A stretch of DNA of 64,000 bases from Chrysomallon squamiferum. Its lineage: Eukaryota; Animalia; Mollusca. The notes beneath the pieces were generated by a model. That model was given only the letters and a program-made list of their open reading frames with translations. It made no database searches and had not been told where the DNA came from. Both the position numbers and the translations under genes were made by a program. Position 1 is the stretch's first letter; every line of letters begins with the position of its first letter. Shown one piece after another: positions 13,765 through 26,167 of the stretch. Where the stretch lies: the NCBI GenBank assembly GCA_012295275.1, contig CM022673.1:23622001-23686000 (forward strand). The letters run 5' to 3'.

Positions 13765-14309
13765 TAAAAATAACTATAGACACTATATGTTTTATATATA
13801 TATAATGAGAATCTCGTTCTCTTTTGCTAACATGTTTGTAATCATTATATCATAAGTCAGTTTTTCTCTTTTTATAACTTATGTCTGAAAATACATTTGT
13901 TATTTTTGTGTTACAGAATTCGGATGTAAGACATGACGGCTGCTGTCAATGGACTGAGATACAACACCACGGCTAGAATATCGCAACTAATAAGCAAATG
14001 GCGCTGGATTATATACTGTGACATGACGCCACATAAGGAAATAATACGTGATGGATGGGATATGACATACTTACAAGTAACTAGGAAATAACGCTTTGTG
14101 TTACACAATGACGTCATTATTGGGAAGTGAATAATAGCAGATATTACACGCCTGTAGTAGACAGAGAAGCATCTGCCAATATATATATATATAAATATAA
14201 AAATCTGACGTGGAGAAATTCCAGGGAGAACATACACGAAAGGAAAGCGCCTGGAAATTTCCTCAAGTTGCGACCCTAACGACCGCCCTGATGGGGTGAA
14301 CAACGTAAG

Positions 14310-14346
14310 ATGTGTGTCAGTGCGCGAACATGTTTAATACTTTCAG
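14310..14346 (+). CDS. IgGFc-binding-domain membrane protein, coding exon 1 (start, signal peptide part 1)
   Basis: ATG at 14310 with an in-frame upstream TGA at 14289; MCVSARTCLILS then G|gtaaat (phase 1), joining exon 2 to form a signal peptide. Confidence 0.6.
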
Positions 14347-14629
14347 GTAAATTTTGTTATCACTTTCATTTTTTCATTTTAATTTACTGTTTCCCTCTTT
14401 GAAGTTCGTATATTTTATCGTTTATTACGTTGATACATTTAAAACGTCTTAATATTAACTGATCAAAATCAGATTGCCTTTTTTTTTGTGTCAGTTGTTA
14501 TCGCAGAGCATAGCCTTTTATACTCGTTACTATTGAGCTTGTGTTCTGTAAACACTATTTTGACACAACTGCTCAACTTAATTTGCGTTTAGGACATACC
14601 TGTCAATACATCTCACACTGCAAGATAGT

Positions 14630-15445
14630 CTAGTGTTAGTGTGTTTATGTTTAGAGAAAAAATAATGTTAGATAGAAAATATGGTAGTGTTAGTGTGTTA
14701 GAGAGAAAACAAATAGTGTTAGTGTGTTAGAGACAAAATAATGTAGTGTTAGTGTGTTAGAGAGAAAATAGATGATTTTAGTGTGTTAGGGAGAAAACAG
14801 TATAGTGTTTATGTGTTAAAGAGAAAATAGTGGTGTTACTGTTTTAGAGATAAAATAATATAGTGTTAGTGTGTTAGAGAGAAAACAGTATAGTGTTTAT
14901 GTGTTAGAGAGAAAATAGTATAGTGTTACTTTTTTAGAGACAAAATAATGTAGTATTAGTGTGTTAGAGAGAAAATAGATGGTTTTAGTGTTTTAGAGAC
15001 AAAATAATGTAGTGTTAGTGTGTTAGAGAGAAAACAGTATAGTGTTTATGTGTTAGAGAGAAAATAGTGGTGTTACTGTTTTAGAGACAAAATAATGTAG
15101 TGTTAGTGTGTTAGAGAGAAAATATGGTAGTATTAGTGTGTTACAGAGAAAATAGGATAGTGTTAGTTTTTTACAGAGAAAATAGGGTAGTGTTAGTGTG
15201 TTAGAGAGAAAACAGTATAGTGTTTATGTGTTAGAGAGAAAATAGGGTAGTATTATGTGTTACAGAGAAAATAGTGTAGTGTTACTGTGTTAGAGACAAA
15301 ATAATGTAGTGTTTATGTGTTAGAGAGAAAATAGGGTAGTGTTACTTTTTAGAGACAAAATATTGTAGTGTTAGTGTGTTAGAGAGGATATAGTGTAGTG
15401 TTAGTGTGTTAGAGAAAAGATAGCTCAGTGTTAGTGTGTTAGAAG
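14630..15445. repeat. 30-bp minisatellite (TAGTGTTAGTGTGTTAGAGAGAAAATAGTG)
   Basis: Period ~30, with recurring variant blocks. Confidence 0.95.
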
Positions 15446-16446
15446 AACGGTATATTGTATTACACAGTAGCAGTTGACTGTGGAATACGCACCAGATGAC
15501 AAACCAAATTTGAATTCTCTGTATGTTAGTGGGAACATTACGTGTTGAAATGATAACGTCAGCAGTTTTAACAAGCTCTTGGATATTTTATTTAATTATC
15601 TAATCAAACTGCCAGAAGACACAGAGTGTTAGGGGTTGAACACCGAAATGTCATTCAAATGTCACACGTCTCTTTGGGACATACCAGGTTTCTATTTGTC
15701 ACACATATCTAGAAAGCGCCATGTTGAGTTTGCCTGGCAACCATTGATTGAAATGATGAAAACGCCGCTAGGATCTCCCTCTTGTCCGGCTTACCAAGTT
15801 ATTAATGTGTCTCGTCCTAATCCAAACAAGTCATTTTGCCACAATAAAAATAAATTTAGGCAATTTGGATTCTTCACGGTTTCTCATTATCACGTGATCT
15901 AAATGGTTATCGATCTCCTGTCAAACAAGCTGGCTCTTAGAAACACAAAACGGAAATAATAGTTAACCGTCGTTAAAACGTACAATCAAGTACGTGTACT
16001 TTTATTTTTGTTTTGTGTTTTTACGTGTCTTTGTGTTAAGAGATAGGCAGCCGTATTTGTATGTATGTATGTATGTATGCATGTATGTGTTTTTGTTTAT
16101 ATGTATTTATGTATGTATATATGTGTGTGTGTGTATTTATGTGTGTGTGTATGTATGTGTGTATGTATGTATGTGTGTATGTATATGTATATATGTATGT
16201 GTGCATGTATGTATGTATGTACGTACGTACAAATGCACGTTATTTTATTCGAAGAGAAAGAGTATCTAGAGCAAGAGATGAAACTGAAACATTTTTACAT
16301 CATCATCTTTTAACGACATTAATTTATCAAAAATACATTTTATCCTGTTTACAATAAATGTAACCCATCTTGATTATCCGTACTCCGCCAACTGCAATGA
16401 AATGCACAATATCCAAATAACAATAATAATAACGACGATGATGATG

Positions 16447-16506
<60 letters not shown>

Positions 16507-17399
16507 TAGCAGTATTAATGTAATTTATACATCATATTACCGCGTTAACTTTATAATAATAATTAATCCAAGGTTTAATTATAACTAGAAGTATCAGCTG
16601 AGAAACAGAGTGTATTTTTACCAAATTACTGCGCTGTGAAAAATCCCAACATCCCACAATAAAATAATTCAGCATAGCTAGTTTTCCCATAATTTTATTT
16701 CCATTATATAGGTTATACAGTGATCTGTAAAATACATAGCTTTTATTCCGAAACATATTCTTGTAATAGTAGTACAACATCGTTAAAAACCAATCGAGAT
16801 ATCAAAAAAAAAAAAAAAAACAAGAGAAAAAGAATAATTAAAGGAGAAGAAAATCAAAAACTCAGTTTCTTCGTTTTTCTCTCTGAGTGCGCCCTGAAGC
16901 TGTTTGTTAGACGAAAACCGCCCGAGTCGACAGCTAGCTTCGCGAGTAATGGTGTTTGAATTATGTGTTTGAAGTTCGTCTCCTCTCTAATTATCATTAG
17001 CCGGACATGTTGCTCACAGCAAGGCTCTGTGATTAACAATGACTGACTACCTGTTGCTAGGCAAAAAGCTCGCGTTCAATACAGAAATAAATAGCCATTA
17101 ATCAAAATACAACGCAGCAAGCCTGTAACAATTACAAAACCGACTTTGATACGACGACGATGACGACGACGACGACAACAACAACAGTAATAAGAATAAG
17201 CTACATATTTTTTTTCTCTGTGTGTAGAAGTTTGTTTTTGTCTCCTGTTTTAAATTAGTGTTGCGATCAGGTTCTACTAGTTCTGCCTCTGTTGTTGCTT
17301 TGTAAATGTTTTTTTTTTTTTTTTTTTTTTTTTTCAGTAACATTTTTACTAATTAAAACTGTTTACTAATTAATTTTATCATTTGCTGTGTCTGCCTAG

Positions 17400-17960
17400 A
17401 TATCTGTCTCTCTCTCTCTCCGTGTCCTCGTTGTTTTAACTCAACGATCAGCTGCTGATTCTGTTTGACTGTAGGTTTTTGTGTTTCTGTGTTTCTCTTT
17501 TTCTGTGTTTGTGTGTCTCTGTCTGTCACTTTTTCTGTTTGTCTGTATGTATGTGTCTATAAGTGTGTCTGTGTGTGTTTCTTTGTATGTGTCTCGCTCT
17601 GCGTTCGTGTTTGTATATGTCTGTCTGCGTCTGTATGTTTGTCTGTATGTGTGTCTGTCTGTGTTTCTTTGCCTCGCTTTGCCTGTATATGTCTGTCTGT
17701 TTGCGTCTGTATGTTTGTCTGTGTGTGGATCTGTCTGTGTTTCTGGCTGTGTTCCTGTTTGTGAGTGTTTATCTGTGTTTCAGTTTGTCTCTCTGTCTGT
17801 CTCTGTGTCTGTCTGTGTGTGTCTGTGTGTCTGTCTGTGTGCGAGTGTCTACTGATTAAATTAAATCATTTAACTAATTCTGTCAGTTACTAATTCTGTG
17901 TTTCATTGTCTGTCTGTCTGTCTGTGTGTCTGTCTCTGAGTCTGTCTGTCTCAGACTGTT
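17400..17960. repeat. TG/TC-rich low-complexity tract upstream of IgGFc exon 2
   Basis: Degenerate (TGTC)/(TG) runs; explains ORFs 17465-17859. Confidence 0.85.
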
Positions 17961-18015
17961 GATTGTATTAAATCACTGATCAGTTACTGACTCTGTTGTG
18001 TGTTTCATTTTCCAG

Positions 18016-18063
18016 TCTTTGTTTACGCTGCTGTGATTGGCCTGGCACAAACAGTTATTTCCG
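18016..18063 (+). CDS. IgGFc-binding-domain membrane protein, coding exon 2 (signal peptide part 2)
   Basis: Acceptor ttttccag|; (V)FVYAAVIGLAQTVIS; donor CCG|gtaagt; phase 1 at both ends, matching its neighbours. Confidence 0.7.
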
Positions 18064-18404
18064 GTAAGTATTTTGATAAGTCATTCTTACAAGAATTCAA
18101 TTTGCAATGTGTCTGCTGTGCAGGTCTGCATCTCGTATAATTCGCTGAAAATCAATAGATTGTACATAAACTGCTGACTTCCTCCCCAGCCGAGTAGATT
18201 ACAATAATTCACGTTTGTCTTACTGCTTGCTCACAAGATAACTTTTGAGACCTTGCTGACCAAACCGGCTGACCACCGCGATTCTTAATGGCATTTTCGT
18301 CATGCACGTGATTTTCAAGACAGAGCTCGAGCCTCATCGACCATTGGTCAGCAGATCATTAGCACTGACCAAGGATCAAAGAGGAACTATACAGAAGAGT
18401 GAAA

Positions 18405-18830
18405 TATCAAAACTAACAATATCTGTGTACACAGTGCGCTGTAATATAAAATATTAAGAACTCTGTGTACACAATGTGTTGTAATATCAAAAATTAATAA
18501 CTGTGTGTATACAGTGTGTTGTTTTACCAAACATTAACAATCTGTGTCTATACAGTGTTTTCTTTTTTCACAAATTAACAATCTATGTATACACAGTGTG
18601 TTGTTTTATCAAAAATTAACAATCTGTGTGTATATAGTGTTTTCTGTTTTCCCAAATTAACAATCTAGTATACACAGTGTGTTGTTTTACCAAACATTAA
18701 CAATCTGTATCTATACAGTGTTTTCTAGTTTCACAAATTAATAATCTCTGAATACACAGTGTGTTGTAATATCATGTGTATTATAGAAAATTAATAGTCT
18801 GAGTGTAGGTAATGTATTGTAATATAAAAA
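18405..18830. repeat. 41-bp minisatellite (AATTAACAATCTGTGTATACACAGTGTGTTGTTTTATCAA) with dimer alternation
   Basis: Period 41 (18573, 18614). Confidence 0.9.
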
Positions 18831-19469
18831 TTAACTATTTTAACTAGCCAGTGTATCTTAACATGCATTGTTTAAACACAATTAAACCACTCACAGGCCC
18901 GTTGGACCTATAATTAGTGTTTTATTAATACGTCTGTTATATGTTGAGATGTTGCTATTGTTGTTGTTGTTGTTGTTGTCATTAGATCAATTATTATTGA
19001 TTGTGTGAGTGGGCGCCGCGTATGTTAATAACAAAATATAAAATTATTTAGACATTTTTGTTTTATGAAGGGGAGACAATTACGGTATCATGCAAATACC
19101 GGAAATTAGTTGCGCGAATTGGTGGATCCAGTTTTGAGCGAGAAGGAAAATAGCAAACGGAAATTGAAAATGAAGCAGCACGAGACCGATTACTTTATGA
19201 TGGAAATTACAACAAACGACGAGTACACCAGCCCTTCGCTGCTGCATTCATTTCAAACAGCAACCAAGAAACCAGATTAGCTGTTCGCCAAAAGGTTTTA
19301 ATAGCAAGTCGTCTGTTCATATCGCAGCTATACTGGTAATGAGACAAAGGAAATAAATAATTATATCTGAGATTACAAAATAATCTTCGAAGAGAGCGAT
19401 AATTCGCACGGTCAGCTCTGCACGACATCGACTGTCAAAACTCAGCGCTGTCTCTGGGTGAATTACAGA

Positions 19470-20130
19470 ATTATATTACGTCATCAGAAACACAGTATTT
19501 TTAGTTACTGTGTTGAAGAAATATATAAATATATTACATCATCAGTAATACAGTATTTTTAGTTACTGTGTAGAAGAAATATATAACTGTATTACATCAT
19601 CTGTAACACAGTATTTACAGTTACTGTTTAGATGAAATATATAAATATATTACGTCATCGGTTACACAGTATTTATAATTACTGTGTAGATGAAATATAT
19701 AAATATATTACGTCATCGGTTACACAATATTTAGAGTTACTGTATAGATGAAATATATATACGTCATCGGTTACACAGTATTTAGAGTTACTGTCTAGAT
19801 GAAATATATAAGTATATTACATCATCGGTTACACAATATTTAGAATTACTTTGTATATAAAATATATAACTATATTACGTCATCAGGTCACAGTATTTAG
19901 AGTTACAGTGTAGAAGAAATATATAGCTAGATTACATCATCAGTTACATTTAGAGTTACTGTGTAGATGAAATATATAAATATATTACGTCATCAGTTAC
20001 ACAATATTTAGAGTTACTGTAGAAGAAATATACTATATTACATCGCCAGTTACACAATATTTAGAGTTACTGTCTAGATGAAATATATAAATATATTACG
20101 TGGTCAGTTACACAGAACTTTGAAGTACTG
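19470..20130. repeat. 58-bp minisatellite containing TTACGTCAT
   Basis: Period 58 (19651, 19709). Confidence 0.9.
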
Positions 20131-20339
20131 TCAGGATGAAATGCATAGATCATCAGATATTCTCTTTATACAAACATCATTGACTAGAAAGTTAAATATT
20201 GAAACCAGCTTACTCTCGCACACAAAAGTAACTCGGATAACGTCTTTCTTGACAGCTCATTCAGAAAATAAAACATTATGTTAACCACAGATGTCTAAAA
20301 ATGCAAATATTCTTCACAGTTAATAATAAAAGTGAATAT

Positions 20340-20800
20340 TTAACACATCGCTTTAAATAACAGCAGTTTAATCTACAAATATCGCTATAAAATCAGTAGT
20401 TTATTTTAACACATTTCACCATAAACAACATCAGTCTACATCTACAATCATCACTATAAACAACATCAGTCTACATCTTCAAACATCACTATAAATACCA
20501 TTAGTCTACATCTGCAGACATAACTTTAGACAACAGTCTACATGTACAGATATAGCTATAAACATTAATAGTTTAAATTTTATACACATCACTATAAACA
20601 ACATCAGTCTACATCTACAATCATCACTATACATATTAGTAGTTTAAATTAAGACACATCACTATAAACAACATTAGTCTAGATCTACAAACATCACTAT
20701 ATACAACATTAACAGTTTAAATTTAGACAACATATAAATCTAAACAATTTATTATTAATAACAGCATCTAAATCTAAACAATTTATTATTAATAAAAACA
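20340..20800. repeat. ~35-bp minisatellite (CATCACTATAAACAACATCAGTCTACATCTACAA)
   Basis: CACTATAAA recurs at 20452, 20487 and onward. Confidence 0.85.
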
Positions 20801-20849
20801 TACAGACAAATATTTCATACAGTGTATCATACATACACTGTTCTATGTC

Positions 20850-21185
20850 ACATATTGAAATATTTCACTTATTAAATGTTTGTGTTTATTATATATTCAA
20901 ATGTTTTACTAATTTCTAGTTTTCTAATATCTTATATTGAAATGATTAACTAGTTCCTAGTTTTCTACGTATTACATATTGAAATGATTAACTAGTTCCT
21001 AGTTTTCTACGTATTACATATTGAAATGATTAACTATTTTCTAGTTTTCTACGTATTACATATTGAAATTATTGACTATTTTCTAGTTTTCTATGTACCA
21101 TATATTGAAATGACTCATTGTAATGATTCATTCATTCTTAGTTGTCTACGTATAATATATTGAAATGGTTGACTAATTTATAGAT
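20850..21185. repeat. 42-bp minisatellite (TATTGAAATGATTAACTAGTTCCTAGTTTTCTACGTATTACA)
   Basis: Period 42 (20935, 20977, 21019). Confidence 0.9.
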
Positions 21186-22654
21186 AGACATCGTATATAG
21201 TTTCTGGGTTTCATGGGTAGTTCCAGTAGATAATAACATTATTAAATTTTAATTTTTATCTTAGTGGCAAGCATTTTCTGTTATATGATAGAAAATGATA
21301 GAACTACGACAGAAATACTGAACTGACGGTGATAATTCGCGTTGTTTTACACAAACTAAGTTTTCGCCTCCCAAGAGGCTTGTTTTGATGGCCAGTATCA
21401 CAAGTTAACTCAATTCTCACACTGAGAGGTTTTTCTGCTGTAATGGTTATTGCTATTTAGTTAATAAACTGCTGCCATTGTCATTAATACGCCTCGTCTC
21501 CTGGCGGGAGATGCCACGGGCTTCATTTGAAAATGATATTTCCCAGTCACTGGCGCTTTGTTTCCTTCAAACGAATCGTTGGCAAATAACACGAGTGCAG
21601 TCGGGCAATTGGGAAATTATTTATCGAGTCCATAGATCATATATAAATGTGCTTTGCTTTATGGACAGTAAATTTACACTATCGATCTTTTTTTCTTTTT
21701 TCTGCTTAATAATATTATCTACGAAAAAGAAACGAATTTCACTTTCTATAGCCTGACTTTACGATAAAAACACTTAACTGTTGCTAAATATATTCATCAG
21801 AGAAATTCACATTTCAGCACGTGTTAAATAATCTGTTTAATAATATACTCTTTAGAAATGTAGGGGAACTTGCAGTATTAATGTTAAAATCAGCTATTAG
21901 ACCGAACATATATTTTGACCGCAGTCATCCCGGTAAAGAACATTCATTTGTTCGAAGATGTAGAGAGAGGTGTAGGGAGACGTATAGGTACGTCAACGTC
22001 AAAAACTGCCGACCACGTTTGCAGAACATAGTCAGCTCTGCAATAGGAATAGAACAAACTCCTAGAAATAGCCAGTTGAACTCACAAATTGCAGAAAGCA
22101 TTGTCGACTGAATGAATGTCTTACACACCATTGCTGTATCACCCACCACTGATTAAAACACCTCATTCAGGATATTTGGTGGTTATAAAACCTGCTGTAA
22201 TACTGAACTGCCTGTTGTAACGTTTGTCAAATTAATTCACTGATACCATATATCCATTCACCACAGCCAATGTATCTTACTATTTGGCAGTTTAATAAAA
22301 AGGATTGTTTTTAATACTTAATAAAAAAAAAAAAAAAATCTGGAGAAAAAAGAAAATAACAATTTTTTTAGATAAATGATTACGTTAATCAGTATATTGT
22401 TAGTCATTTCTTTCCGAATACAGTATGTAATAACTAACTAACTAACTAACTAAATAAATAAATAAATACATTTTATATTGTATATTGCTAGATAAAATCA
22501 GATACTTTATTGAAATTTTGTTTAAGTCAACTTTTAAATATCTCTCACACACATGCACACACAGAGACACACACAGACATACATACATACAAACAAAACT
22601 GCAATACAAAACAAGTAGAAAATTTAAATTTATAAAAATTCATTTTTATTTCAG

Positions 22655-22870
22655 AGCTTCTAGATGCTCACGGGAAAAGTTTTTTCGTTCCTTTTCTGCA
22701 CGTGCAGGCAGATTTGTTTCTTGAAATCGTTCCCAGCTTTCCAGGCTTAGAGAACATTTCTGTCCACGTGACCGACTCGGCTAACTTGAACTCTTTTAAC
22801 AGAACCATGTCAAGGTCATCTGTACTAAAGCTGGAGTTTTCAGAAATCTTCACAAATGTTAACTGTTCGG
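22655..22870 (+). CDS. IgGFc-binding-domain membrane protein, coding exon 3
   Basis: Acceptor tatttcag|; (E)LLDAHGKSFFVPFLHVQADLFLEIVP...NVNCS; DAHGKSFFVPF resembles the GxxFxxxF start of FCGBP-type N-terminal domains; donor G|gtgagt. Confidence 0.8.
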
Positions 22871-22894
22871 GTGAGTTATTATCATTAAATATAT

Positions 22895-23540
22895 GTCTAT
22901 GACTATTTAAACTGTATTCATGTATCTGACTATTTAACAGTTAGACATTGTATGACTATTTAAACTGTATACATGTTTGTGTTGTACATTCTATAACTAT
23001 TTAAACTGTATACATGTTTGTGTCATACATGTGTATAACTATTTAAACTGTATACATGTTTGTGTCATACATTTGTATAACTATTTAAACTGTATACATG
23101 TGTATTATACATGTAATATTATAGATATGTATGACTCTTTCAACTGTATACGTTTATTTATTATATATGTGTATGATTATTTGAACTGTATACATGTCTT
23201 GTATTATACAAGTATGACTATTTAACAGTATAAACATCTCTGTATCATACGTTTGCATGGCTATTTAAAATATATACACATCTGTGTGTGACACGTGTAT
23301 GTCTTTTTCAACTTATACCTTTGTATATTATACATGTGCATGCTTATTTGAACTGTATACATGTCTGTGAATTATTCATGTTTATCACTATTTAAACTGT
23401 ATACATGTTCTGTATTATTCATGTTTATCACCATTTAAACTGTATTCATGTTCTGTATTATTCATGTTTATCACTATTTAAACTGTATACATGTTCTGTA
23501 TTATTCATGTTTATGACTATTTAAACTCTACACGACTATT
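22895..23540. repeat. ~42-bp intronic minisatellite (GACTATTTAAACTGTATACATGTTTGTGTCATACATGTGTAT)
   Basis: ACTATTTAAACTGT recurs with period 41-43, starting ~25 nt after the donor. Confidence 0.9.
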
Positions 23541-23855
23541 TTTGCAAATGTTAAAAGGAACATCAATAATAAAAGGAAAACAACTGTTTGAAAATGCAGA
23601 ACACACTAATAAGCGTATTGATTGAACATTTTGTAAATTGCAATGTTAACTCATTAAAACGAAACTCAAAGAGTCAAGTAAAAAAATCAATAGCTAAAAT
23701 TACTCACAGAAAAAGAAAAGCAGGAGAAAAACGGAAAATCGTTAACTTGACCGCTGGAACTGAGATGTCAGTGATTGCAGGATAATCACTTCACTCCAGC
23801 ATTTTACTTACACGTTTAAATTTAGTTCTAATGATGAAGTAATAATAATAATAGT

Positions 23856-23906
<51 letters not shown>

Positions 23907-24378
23907 TGCTTTTTGTGTTTGAATAAAAGAAACTAAAAATGGTGTTTTAATCAACCTAGTGACGTTAGTCAGTTAAATATTTTGATCTTTCACGGGGTTT
24001 TTTAGGATCAGGAATTGAACTATTTTTCAGTCGAGATGCTCGGGGTATTGCAAACTAACATACTTTATATTTACCAGCATGTCAGAAACGTTTTCATATT
24101 TATTAACGTATTTTTCATAGAAAAATATTGGTTTACTTAGGTTTTTTTCTTTCTTTTTTTTTAATAATGTAAAAAATATCATTTCTCACAAATAAATTCG
24201 CGTTATTATCGAAGCAGATGATGGAGTGTGTATAAATTCTTGTCGTAATACATTTACTCACGAAGTGTACTTGCAATGCAGAGGCAAATTAGAACGTATT
24301 ATACAAGCACGCGTTTTCTCTATTTGAGGGTTGATAATGGCTCATGTTAGTGAATGTTTTTTTTTTTTTATGTTTCAG

Positions 24379-24864
24379 GAGTGAGGCTGACGTCGAGTGA
24401 TGACGTGTGTGTGTACATCAAACAATTGCTAGGAGACACGACGGCGCTCAATCCACTCGACACTATGGACTCCCAGTATTTACTTCCGGGCATCAGTTCC
24501 GCCAGAACTTACAGTGTGTACGTGTATTCAGGTTTACAGCAAACAATCATCTCAGTGTGCGGCAACTGCACTGTGCACCTTCCAGACAGGACACCTCAGC
24601 TGTGCAGCAATGAAAACTTTTACACGTTAGACGTTTTCCAGACTCTGACGCTGGACAACTACAATGACGTAATGTACATCAAGGGAGACAAACCGTTTGG
24701 AGTTATCCTTGTGGCAAGCGGCTTGTTTTACGACGCTGTGAATACGTCAGTGAACAAGACAGACGAAATTGTCTTGGAATGTGTGCCTCCTCTGACGTCA
24801 CTTGGAAAATTATTTTATTTCTGGGTCCACCAGGAAATCACACTGTTCACCTTGTCAGTTACAG
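24379..24864 (+). CDS. IgGFc-binding-domain membrane protein, coding exon 4
   Basis: Acceptor tgtttcag|; GVRLTSSDDVCVY, DSQYLLP, IKGDKPFGV and LECVPPLTSLGKLF match motifs of the IgGFc_binding N-terminal domain; donor ACAG|gtagtt. Confidence 0.85.
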
Positions 24865-24910
24865 GTAGTTAAGAGTTTTGTAAACATACTAACAGTTAAT
24901 AGCAGACACG

Positions 24911-24969
<59 letters not shown>

Positions 24970-25331
24970 TAATAACAATAATAATAATAATAATAATTAG
25001 TACTTACTTATTTTAAAATGTATTGCACTATATCGCACTATATATGTTATTACAGGGACAGACTTTAGAATTTCCTACAGAATTTATTACAGGGAACAAA
25101 TACAACGGAATTCCTGTTAATACTGCAAAATGTGTGCGTGTGTGTGTATTGTTCGTAAGCACGTGTGTGTGTTAGGGTAAGCACATATTTGATATTTTAT
25201 TCACAAGAAAATGAAAACATGATTATAGAGGAAAGAACTTTTAGTTTAGTAAATAAAAAGTGACATCCACATGTAATGCGACAGAGACAGAAATTGTAAA
25301 TATTTAGAATATGTTCTGTTTCTAATTTCAG

Positions 25332-26167
25332 CTTTGCAAACTACAAACATCACGATACACAGAGACAATTATAAAGTGCAAATCCATATTGAGGCTAACG
25401 TGACTAAGACATTCAACATACAGCATGTAAGTGATGTCGCTGTGACGTCACAACATCGTCTTATCGTGTTTGTCGTCATAGACGTCAACTCGTGGCAAGC
25501 GGGTTTCTTTCTGCCCCCTCTGGAACAGTACACCGTGTGCCAGAGGACGGACAGTTGTGTTGAAGTGTGTCCATTAGTACCACTCAGGGAGTTTGAAAAC
25601 GAGGCTTTCCAAAGCCAGACAACATTTTCCTTCTCGGACTTCAGTGATGCACGATACCTTCACATCGTGGTCGATACTGACACAGATTTCGAAAATTCCA
25701 CAATAGCTAAAATGCAGCTAAATCATTCACACCTCTTTTTCTTTTACGACGGCGCCAGCGGAAGTGTTTATCACGTGGGCAGTATGGTCCGGAAACTGGG
25801 CAGCGTCTGCATTCCTAGCAGTTCCCTTAGTCGTCCTGGTGACGCCGTCGACAACGACTGTGACGGAATGATTGACGAGGAGATAGTCGACGGTGTTGAC
25901 AATGATGGCGATTCGCTGGTTGACGAAGACGTCACGTGCTCGACTGATGTGTCGACTAACAAGTCGTTGTCCGCCATTGATAGGTGGCTCAATGGAGACT
26001 ATTACGATGACGACACTGTCACCCAGAGGCCGCTCATTGCCGTCATCGTGTCTCTGTGTGTGGCCATCTTTGCCGTGTTCGCTCTCATTTCTCTCTACAT
26101 GCTCTTTGAACTCATGGCTCGTCGCAGGCAAATCAGAAACACGAAAATCAGACCGTTCGTTTCTTGA
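25332..26167 (+). CDS. IgGFc-binding-domain membrane protein, terminal exon (end of domain, DNDCDG motifs, TM helix, short tail)
   Basis: Acceptor aatttcag|, phase 1 into track ORF 25334..26167; FFLPPLEQY, PGDAVDNDCDGMIDEEIVDGVDNDGDSLVDEDV, TM LIAVIVSLCVAIFAVFALISLYMLF then RRR. The five exons sum to 1623 nt = 540 aa + stop. Confidence 0.9.
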
